A DNA stretch of 64,000 bases from a virus (lineage: Duplodnaviria; Caudoviricetes): positions 1-64,000 of IMG/VR virus record IMGVR_UViG_3300028326_000328. One strand, 5' to 3'. The position numbers and the translations under genes were made by a program. Below are positions 1 to 6,958 of the stretch, one piece after another; positions within the stretch are counted from its first letter, which is position 1; every line of letters begins with the position of its first letter. The notes below the pieces were generated by a model that was not told the origin of the DNA, ran no database searches, and saw only the letters and a list, made by a program, of their open reading frames with translations.

Positions 1-69
1 ATGTGTCGCGGCCGCAAACCGGGCCGCCGCCGCGGGCGGGTCAAGCCGCCGGGCCGAAAGGGGTACCCC

Positions 70-441
70 ATGACCACCTGCGCTGAAAGGGCCGCCTTCC
101 ACGCCGCCACCCGGGACGCGCTCCGGGCCGCCGCCCAAGCTGAGGCCGCCGCCGACCGGGCCGACCGGGCCGCCCGCGAAGCCGCCGAAGCCGAAGCCGC
201 CTTGGTCGCCGCCACCAACGCCGCCCGGCTGTACCGGGCCGCCGCCGAGCAGGCTGCGCTCCACGCCGCGGTCGCGGCCGACACCGCCGAGCTCCTGGCC
301 GACGAGATCCCGGCCGACATGGGGTCGGACGAAGAGGACGCCGACCTTTTGGAAGCCGCCATGCAGGCACACGGCCGGGCCTACGTCGCCGCCGACAAGG
401 CCCGCAAAGCCGCGGCCGCCGCCTGCCAGGTCAAGCACTGA
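70..441 (+). CDS. Ala-rich helical hypothetical protein with acidic core; first gene of accessory operon B
   Basis: ORF 1..441, likely start ATG 70 after GAAAGGGG; positional counterpart of 53915..54262. Confidence 0.6.
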   Translation: MTTCAERAAFHAATRDALRAAAQAEAAADRADRAAREAAEAEAALVAATNAARLYRAAAEQAALHAAVAADTAELLADEIPADMGSDEEDADLLEAAMQAHGRAYVAADKARKAAAAACQVKH

Positions 442-469
442 ACCCGAGCACACACAGGAGGAGACCGCC

Positions 470-1336
470 ATGAAGGACCAGACCTTTGGTATCGAGATCG
501 AGATGAACGGCATCACCCGGGCGAAGGCCGCGGAGGTCATCGCCGCACACTTTGACATCCAGCCCACCCACGTGGGCGGCTCCTACGACACCTGGGCGGT
601 GTACGACCCGGAAGGCCGGCCTTGGAAGCTGGTCTCGGACGCCAGCATCGCCGGCCCGTACGAGGAGCGCACCGAGCTGGTCAGCCCGATCTGCCGGTGG
701 GCGGACATCGCGACGGTCCAGGAACTGGTGCGCAAACTCCGCCGAGCCGGCGCCAAGGCACACGAAAGCTGCGGGATTCACGTGCACATCGGGCTGGGCA
801 GCCACACCCCGAAAACGCTCCGAAATCTGGTGAACATTGTCAACGCCAAGGAGGACCTGCTGACCCAGGCGCTGCAGATCTCACCGGAGCGCCGCACACG
901 CTGGTGCCAGCCGGTGGACGCGTACTTTCTCGCCCGGCTGAACCGGCTCAAGCCGAAAACCCTTCCGGAGTTCGCCCGGGTGTGGTACGACGACCGGAAC
1001 TGGGAACGCCATGCCCATGAGCATTACGACCCCAGCCGGTACCACCTTTTGAACCTCCACTCGGTGTTCCAGAAAGGTACCATCGAGTTCCGAGCCTTCA
1101 ACAGCACACTCCACGCGGGCGAAATCAAGTCCTTCATTCAACTGAGCATGGCGATTTCCCACCAAGCTTTGGAATCAAGTTCGGCCTCGCCACGCCGCCC
1201 GGAGACGGACAACCCCAAGTACACCTTCCGGTGCTGGCTGCTCCGGCTGGGGTTCATCGGCGACGAGTTCGCGACCGCCCGCGAGCACCTGCTCAAGCAC
1301 CTGCCCGGCAACGCCGCTTGGCGCCAGGCGAGCTGA
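470..1336 (+). CDS. Putative amidoligase (COOH-NH2 ligase type 2, Amidoligase_2-like)
   Basis: FGIEIE N-terminus, ELVSP, CGIHVHIG, TIEFRAFNST motifs; AGGAGG RBS. Confidence 0.88.
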   Translation: MKDQTFGIEIEMNGITRAKAAEVIAAHFDIQPTHVGGSYDTWAVYDPEGRPWKLVSDASIAGPYEERTELVSPICRWADIATVQELVRKLRRAGAKAHESCGIHVHIGLGSHTPKTLRNLVNIVNAKEDLLTQALQISPERRTRWCQPVDAYFLARLNRLKPKTLPEFARVWYDDRNWERHAHEHYDPSRYHLLNLHSVFQKGTIEFRAFNSTLHAGEIKSFIQLSMAISHQALESSSASPRRPETDNPKYTFRCWLLRLGFIGDEFATAREHLLKHLPGNAAWRQAS

Positions 1337-1356
1337 CAGCCGGTTTCAAATCAAGC

Positions 1357-1420
1357 GCATCCGCCTGACGAGGCCCGGTGGCTCCGGGCCGAAACGCGAA
1401 ACGCGTCGCGGGATAGCCGC
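1357..1420 (+). ncRNA. Type I hammerhead ribozyme HHR-B1
   Basis: CTGACGA 1365-71, stem II GGCCCGG/CCGGGCC, GAAA 1391-94, stem III CGCG/CGCG, GTC with cleavage after 1407, stem I CCGC/GCGG; loop TGGCT can pair with AGCCG 1415-19. Confidence 0.9.
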
Positions 1421-1452
1421 ACAGCTATGAAATCATATTGAGGAGGAACACC

Positions 1453-1848
1453 ATGAATTTCTTTGAACAGCAGCTCCGAGCGCTCACCGGCAGGAACACG
1501 GCTTTCAAATCAACCAGCCCAGTCTACGTCGGCCGCGCAGCTTTCCTGACGCTGGACGAGCACATCCGGGCACGCATCGAGTTCGTCACCACCGGCACAG
1601 CAGACAAGTACGAGGCCCTGCAGGTCACCATCCTCAACCGCACCGAGGGCAAGGTCGACACACTCCTGCTTCGAAATCAAGACCACTTCGCCTCCATTCG
1701 CACGCCCGGCGGCGACTTGAAGACCCCACACATCTGGATGTATCAGGGTAAGCCGGACTGGTACGGGCGGCCGACCGATTCGGACTTGAAAGCCCTATCC
1801 AAGGCCGCGCACGACTACATCGCGCTTTTCGCGCCGACCGGCTTTTGA
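1453..1848 (+). CDS. Hypothetical protein (131 aa)
   Basis: ORF with GAGGAGG RBS. Confidence 0.75.
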   Translation: MNFFEQQLRALTGRNTAFKSTSPVYVGRAAFLTLDEHIRARIEFVTTGTADKYEALQVTILNRTEGKVDTLLLRNQDHFASIRTPGGDLKTPHIWMYQGKPDWYGRPTDSDLKALSKAAHDYIALFAPTGF

Positions 1849-1853
1849 ATCAA

Positions 1854-1920
1854 GCCCGCCTGACGATGGGCCGCTGGCTTCGGCCCGAAACCGGCACATC
1901 GCCGGTCGCAGGAAGCCACC
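1854..1920 (+). ncRNA. Type I hammerhead ribozyme HHR-B2 (extra U after core)
   Basis: CTGACGA 1860-66, GGGCCG/CGGCCC, GAAA 1887-90, CCGGC/GCCGG, GTC 1905-07, loop CTGGCTT complementary to AAGCCA 1913-18; one mismatch in stem I. Confidence 0.75.
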
Positions 1921-1968
1921 GGCGGTGCCGGTTCCCAAGGCTCCCAAATCAAAAGGAGGACCACACAG

Positions 1969-2193
1969 ATGTACGAGCGCGAAAATGAACAGGACTTCGA
2001 AGAGGTGTTGCAGGACGGCCTCCGGGAACTGATCGCCCAAGACGACGACTACCGCACAGCGGAGGACCTGTGCTGGGAGAACCTTCGGGTTCAGACCTAT
2101 TCCGAAGACGGCGTGATGACGAACGACAAAGGTCTGGTCATCAGCCTGCCCAACGGCCGCGAATACCAACTGACCATAATCCGGAGCCGCTGA
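1969..2193 (+). CDS. Small acidic hypothetical protein (paralog of 55711..55935)
   Basis: AGGAGG RBS; shared C-terminus GVMTxxKGLxIxLPxGxEYQLTIxRSR. Confidence 0.8.
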   Translation: MYERENEQDFEEVLQDGLRELIAQDDDYRTAEDLCWENLRVQTYSEDGVMTNDKGLVISLPNGREYQLTIIRSR

Positions 2194-2225
2194 CACCCCG
2201 CTTTGAAATCAAGAGGAGGTACACC

Positions 2226-2408
2226 ATGAAGCGCATCTTTGACAAGACCACCTGCTGGAACATCTTTGACCACGCCAAGGACCCCGAGTGTTACTGGGCG
2301 CTACAGCACGCCGGGTTGCACGACGCCGCTCGCACAGCCGCCATCTACCTGACGCTCCGGCACCCGCTCCGGATGATCCCGGTGATCATCGCCTGCGCTC
2401 GCTCCTGA
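2226..2408 (+). CDS. Small hypothetical protein (60 aa)
   Basis: GAGGAGGT RBS before ATG 2226. Confidence 0.65.
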   Translation: MKRIFDKTTCWNIFDHAKDPECYWALQHAGLHDAARTAAIYLTLRHPLRMIPVIIACARS

Positions 2409-2447
2409 ATCAACCCTGACTCCCAAAGTAAAACACGGAGGTTTCAC

Positions 2448-2903
2448 ATGAACTACATCGCTTACGGCTCCAACATGGTCCAGGAACAGATAGCGTACCG
2501 CTGCCCGGACGCCCGGCTCATCGGCATGGGGTATCTGCCCGGCGCACAGTTGGAGTTCTTCCTTCACGCCACCGTAGAGCGCTCTCAAATCAAGGCCGGC
2601 CGGAATCCGGTCCCCACCCGTGTGCCGGTCGCCGTCTGGGAGATCAGCGAGGCCGACGAACAGCGGCTCGACCGCTACGAGGGCTACCCCAGCTACTACA
2701 TCAAGGCGGAGCGCACCGTGTGTATGACGGATGGCTCTGAAATCAAGGGCATGATCTACCTGATGAACCACAAGCGCGTCGCGCCGCCGACCCGGGATTA
2801 CTACGAGGGCATCCGGCGGGCGTACCTGGCGCTCGGGTTCCGCTCTGAAATCGAGAAGGTCTTGAAGCCCGCGCTGCTGCGCAGCCTGGGGCGCAAGACC
2901 TGA
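2448..2903 (+). CDS. Gamma-glutamylcyclotransferase (GGCT/AIG2-like) family protein
   Basis: YIAYGSNM N-terminus, LDRYEGYP motif. Confidence 0.88.
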   Translation: MNYIAYGSNMVQEQIAYRCPDARLIGMGYLPGAQLEFFLHATVERSQIKAGRNPVPTRVPVAVWEISEADEQRLDRYEGYPSYYIKAERTVCMTDGSEIKGMIYLMNHKRVAPPTRDYYEGIRRAYLALGFRSEIEKVLKPALLRSLGRKT

Positions 2904-2929
2904 TGCTTCCGATCGCGTTGGCCACAGCA

Positions 2930-2961
2930 AAAGCCGCTCTCAAATCTGAGGGCGGCTTGTA
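2930..2961. terminator. Probable bidirectional intrinsic terminator between convergent genes
   Basis: AAAAGCCGCTCTC-aaatct-GAGGGCGGCTTGT hairpin. Confidence 0.75.
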
Positions 2962-2995
2962 TCGTGAAGGACTATGATATCTCGGTGGGCGATCG

Positions 2996-3514
2996 TCAGT
3001 GTTGGATCAGGCCGTGGGCGATCTCGATCTCGTCGCCCGTCTTTCGGAACCGCAGCAGCAGCTGGCCCTCGCACACGTTGTAGACCGCCTGGAAGGGCTG
3101 CAGCCACAGGTGCGTCAGCCCCGGGCAGTGCCGGTACGCCTCTGCACGGTATGCTTCGAAATCTTCTTTGCCTTGTGCCCCGAGCCACTGTTCATACAGA
3201 TCCATCAGGTAGGGAACCTGCTCCTTCTGGAGCCGCGCCCACACGAGTTCAGCCGGCAGCGCTTTGAAATTGGAGATGGGCCGGCAGTCTTGGAAGAGGG
3301 CCCACTGGTTAAGTGGCAGCGGATTTTGCATCAGATCCAGCATCGCCTCTGCGGTACCGCAATCGTCGCAGACGTAGACATCCGCGTGACGGCTGAGCGC
3401 ATTACGCGTCACATGGGTGTTCATCACGCCGCTCCCGCACCGTGGACAGGGTAGGCACTCCCCAGCCAGCTGCCGGGCTTTAAAATCAAGCAGCTGTTCC
3501 TTCACATCCTTCAT
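2996..3514 (-). CDS. Zinc-finger (CxxC...CxxC) hypothetical protein; paralog of 57767..58285
   Basis: CPRCG...NALSRHADVYVCDDCG. Confidence 0.75.
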   Translation of the reverse strand: MKDVKEQLLDFKARQLAGECLPCPRCGSGVMNTHVTRNALSRHADVYVCDDCGTAEAMLDLMQNPLPLNQWALFQDCRPISNFKALPAELVWARLQKEQVPYLMDLYEQWLGAQGKEDFEAYRAEAYRHCPGLTHLWLQPFQAVYNVCEGQLLLRFRKTGDEIEIAHGLIQH

Positions 3515-4377
3515 TCAGCGATCTCCTCCCCGACAGTGGTGTGGGCTTCTCTGCGCAGGGCGGCGTACTTTTCCTTGTGCTTTGTCGCGGCAGCGTCGTT
3601 TGGAAACGCCGTATGGCCCTTCAATCCGCCCAGCAGGATGCGGCGCTCTTCTTTGAAATCAGCGCCGCCCATGCCCAGCCGCAGGAGCCATGACCGCGCG
3701 AAGTACTTCTCGTTCTCAGGTTCTTGGACCTGTGCGGTGATGCGGGTCGCTGACTGCGCAGCTTTGATAATCTTGTCCGTCAATAGGCCGTAGGTCGTCC
3801 AGCGTATCGGCTGTTCCGCGTGGAATGGGTAGCGTAGCGTGACGTTGTCGTCGGAATAGCCGAAGCCGTCCAACTCGCCGCGGGCTTTGAAATCAGTTAG
3901 CCGCTGCTGGAACACGACCATGTCTTCCGGCATGTGTTCCTTCAGGCTGTCAATCAGGTTCTCCGATATGAAAAGGTTCCCGGTTTCCGTCATGCGGTTG
4001 ATTAGGTATTGCTTGCTGTACAGCATGTGGATCAGGTTTAAAAGGCTCCCCACCATCATGCCAGGGGCGGGCTCGCTGATTTCCATGTTGTCAATGTCGT
4101 CGGCGCGTTCGGTGGCGGCTTCTGAATCAGCTTCCGGCGCAGGCCGCTCAATCTCCGGTTCCTCCGCCGCCCAGCCGTGATTTTGAAAGAATGGCAGTAG
4201 CGTGGTCCAGGCTTTTAAATCGTCGGTGACGATCGCCGCGTCCTTTTCCACCTTGACCGGGCCGATGCTGTAGGTGCAGCGCGGTACGCCGTCGTAGTGC
4301 GGTTCCAGGTGTAGCCATTCGCCGATGGCCTGGGCGAGCAGTTTACGCTGAGTGATAAGGCCGGTTTCAACTCTCAT
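3511..4377 (-). CDS. Conserved phage protein (often annotated 'virulence-related protein'); paralog of 58282..59088
   Basis: ENEKYFARSWLLRLG...GG...LL..LKGHTAF C-terminus. Confidence 0.75.
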   Translation of the reverse strand: MRVETGLITQRKLLAQAIGEWLHLEPHYDGVPRCTYSIGPVKVEKDAAIVTDDLKAWTTLLPFFQNHGWAAEEPEIERPAPEADSEAATERADDIDNMEISEPAPGMMVGSLLNLIHMLYSKQYLINRMTETGNLFISENLIDSLKEHMPEDMVVFQQRLTDFKARGELDGFGYSDDNVTLRYPFHAEQPIRWTTYGLLTDKIIKAAQSATRITAQVQEPENEKYFARSWLLRLGMGGADFKEERRILLGGLKGHTAFPNDAAATKHKEKYAALRREAHTTVGEEIAE

Positions 4378-4405
4378 GGGATTGCCTCCTTCGCTTTGGT
4401 AGTGA

Positions 4406-4435
4406 CATATACGCTCAATAAGCGATGGAAGTCAA
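4406..4435 (-). promoter_or_regulatory. Putative sigma70-type promoter
   Basis: TTGACT-N18-TATATG upstream of 4377 gene. Confidence 0.6.
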
Positions 4436-4547
4436 GCAAATTATGAGAAACCATAAGAAAGGAGCGGGATTTCTCCCGCCCCGATGGTTCTGACAAGTAT
4501 ACTATACTCCGCGATTCAAGGTGGCGAAAGTGTCTTTTAGTGGCATT

Positions 4548-4979
4548 TTACGCTTTCTCGAAATTCTTTTTCTTCATCAGCTCTTCTGCCGCCGCCAGCG
4601 CCTCGTTGTTCAGGCGGAGCAAGTATCGCTGGTTGTACTCAAGCTCCTCGCTGATGTAGTCCCAAGAGTGGCAGCATAGGTAGCGTTGTTCCAGAATCAA
4701 CTGGTACAGTGGCTTTTCGATTTCGCTGATGATGCGCATCTGCTCCAACTTCAGGTTGACAAGCCGGTCAATGTCCGCGTCAACTTCCTTCTGTAGATCG
4801 ACCATTCTGCAGATGGCCTCTTCCATCTGGTGAACGTCGCGGGATTCACAGGGCGGCATATCGCTCACCGTCGCGGTTGCCTTGGACACAAGTTCCCGGA
4901 TAGCGGCCAGATGATCCAGCTTGCTGTTGATGCGCTTGTTCAACGTCAGCGTCTGGCTGAAATATTCTTTCGTGGTCAT
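4548..4979 (-). CDS. DUF1492/ArpU-like late transcriptional regulator
   Basis: Position after SNF2; C-terminal HTH-like ILEQRYL...SWDYIS..L.Y. Confidence 0.7.
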   Translation of the reverse strand: MTTKEYFSQTLTLNKRINSKLDHLAAIRELVSKATATVSDMPPCESRDVHQMEEAICRMVDLQKEVDADIDRLVNLKLEQMRIISEIEKPLYQLILEQRYLCCHSWDYISEELEYNQRYLLRLNNEALAAAEELMKKKNFEKA

Positions 4980-5200
4980 TCCCTTGCCCCCGCTTCCAAT
5001 CTCTGTAGGAGTTCCTGTCCGTCCAGGTCGCTCAGCACCCGAAACCAATCATTTTGGAAGAAAGCCTCGACATCCTGTTTGTCATGAAGAGCTGTTGCAC
5101 CATACGGTTTCCGGATGAGTTGCTGAACCGCGCGCCGATAGTCATGCACGGCCTGCATGATGATCGCATCCGCGAGATTCCGATATCCGTTCTCACTCAT
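4976..5200 (-). CDS. Small phage hypothetical protein
   Basis: Overlapping start/stop coupling with both neighbours. Confidence 0.7.
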   Translation of the reverse strand: MSENGYRNLADAIIMQAVHDYRRAVQQLIRKPYGATALHDKQDVEAFFQNDWFRVLSDLDGQELLQRLEAGARE

Positions 5201-6552
5201 TTGTTCCCCTCCAGATTCACCTTCACTGCATCAATCAGCGCGGCCTGGGTCTTGTCCTTTTGTTTCAGGGCGGCGACGATCTGCTCGTCGATGGTGCCCT
5301 TCGTGATGATGTGGTGGATGACCACAGTCTCTGCCCGCTGCCCCTGGCGCCAGAGCCGGGCGTTGGTTTGTTGGTACAACTCCAGGCTCCAGGTCAGCCC
5401 GAACCACACCAGAGTGGAGCCGCCTGCCTGCAAATTCAAACCGTGTCCGGCAGATGCGGGGTGGATCAGGCCGACCGGTATTGTGTCGGCATTCCAGTCC
5501 GCGATGTCCTTGCTCGTCCGGATCTCCCGTACATGGAACCGCTCCTGGATCCGGGCGAGATCGTGCTTGAACCAATAGGCCACCAGCACCGGCTTGCCAT
5601 TCGCCGCTTCGATCAGATCCTCAAGCGCGTCCAGTTTTCGGTCGTGGATGTGGATGATGCGCTTTTCGTCGCCGTACACCGCACCGTTCGCCATCTGGCA
5701 GAGCTTGCCGGAGAGGGCGGCCGCGTTCACGGCGTCGATCTCCTCGCCTTTCAGGGACAGCACCAGCTCAGTGCGAAGTGTGTCGTAGGCGCTACGCTCC
5801 GGGCCGGAGAGCGTCACTGGCACCTCGTTCATCACGCACTCCGGCATCTTCAGGTAATCGGTGCTTTTCATGCTGATCGTGATGTCGGCGATCCGGCGGT
5901 AGATTTCGTCCTCCGCGCCGGGCTTAGGCTTGTAGCTGAACACTATCTGCTGGTTCCGTCTGTCGGGAGTGAAGAACTCTTCCCGGTAGTGGGTAACGAA
6001 CCGGCCAAGGCGCTTGCCCATGTCCAGCAGCCGGAACTCCGCCCACAGGTCCATCAGGCCGTTGCTGGAGGGGGTGCCCGTCAGGCCCACGATCCGCCTG
6101 ATATAGGGGCGCGCTTTCATCAGGCTCCGGAACCGCTTGGCCTGGTAGGACTTGAAGGACGAGAGTTCGTCGATCACGACCATGTCGTAGTCAAAGGGTA
6201 GGCCGCTGTCTTCGACCAACCACTGGACGTTCTCCCGGTTGATGATGTACACGCTGGCCAGCTGCTGGAGCGCCGTTTTGCGCTCGGGTTCCGTGCCCAC
6301 AGCGACCGAGTAGGTCAGGCCCCGTAGATGGTCCCACTTTACGATCTCTGCGGGCCATGTGTCGCGAGCCACTCGTAGTGGGGCGACGATCAGTACCTTG
6401 CGCACCTCGAAGAAATCCAAGCATAGGTCGAAGATAGCGGTCAGAGTAATGATGCTCTTGCCCAGACCCATTTCCAGCAAGATTGCGGCGACCGGGTGTG
6501 TTAGGATGAAGTCGGTCGCGTAGGTCTGATACTCATGGGGAACATATTTCAT
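5197..6552 (-). CDS. SNF2-family helicase
   Basis: LEMGLGKS Walker A, VIDELS, GLTGTP, HGLNLQ motifs. Confidence 0.92.
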   Translation of the reverse strand: MKYVPHEYQTYATDFILTHPVAAILLEMGLGKSIITLTAIFDLCLDFFEVRKVLIVAPLRVARDTWPAEIVKWDHLRGLTYSVAVGTEPERKTALQQLASVYIINRENVQWLVEDSGLPFDYDMVVIDELSSFKSYQAKRFRSLMKARPYIRRIVGLTGTPSSNGLMDLWAEFRLLDMGKRLGRFVTHYREEFFTPDRRNQQIVFSYKPKPGAEDEIYRRIADITISMKSTDYLKMPECVMNEVPVTLSGPERSAYDTLRTELVLSLKGEEIDAVNAAALSGKLCQMANGAVYGDEKRIIHIHDRKLDALEDLIEAANGKPVLVAYWFKHDLARIQERFHVREIRTSKDIADWNADTIPVGLIHPASAGHGLNLQAGGSTLVWFGLTWSLELYQQTNARLWRQGQRAETVVIHHIITKGTIDEQIVAALKQKDKTQAALIDAVKVNLEGNK

Positions 6553-6814
6553 CCAGGACGCCTCCTATCTGCTCCGGTCGGTCGATCACGTACACCCGAA
6601 ACCCTAGCGCCTCCAGCTGCCCTTTCCGCTTTACCTGCAACGGGCGCAGGGCCTTCCCGGGCGCTTTCACTTCCACGAACGCCAGGCGCCCACCTGGAAG
6701 AAGGACGAGGCGATCGGGCACACCTGCCCATCCGGTGGAGATGAACTTTGGCGCAAGACCGCCAATCTGATGGACAACTTGGACCATTTTTTGCTCAATG
6801 TGTTTCTCCAGCAT
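6533..6814 (-). CDS. VRR-NUC domain nuclease
   Basis: GVPDRLVLLPGG..AFVEVKAPG. Confidence 0.9.
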   Translation of the reverse strand: MLEKHIEQKMVQVVHQIGGLAPKFISTGWAGVPDRLVLLPGGRLAFVEVKAPGKALRPLQVKRKGQLEALGFRVYVIDRPEQIGGVLDEICSP

Positions 6815-6958
6815 GTGCTTCCTCCATTGGAACAAGTGGAACAGTGGAACAACTCCGCCCTTATATTCCTTACGCGCGGGTGTGCTTGTGTTTCTTGTTT
6901 CCCCTATCCCATTTTGAATATAAGGAGTTGAGTTGTTCCACTTGTTCCTCTCCTTGTA

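Noticed and set aside
2193-2448. Further ribozymes in the remaining spacers of operon B (also 441-470)
   Set aside because: Spacers are too short and lack the CTGANGA/GAAA core; those at 2200 and 2401 carry only the AATCAA motif and an RBS.
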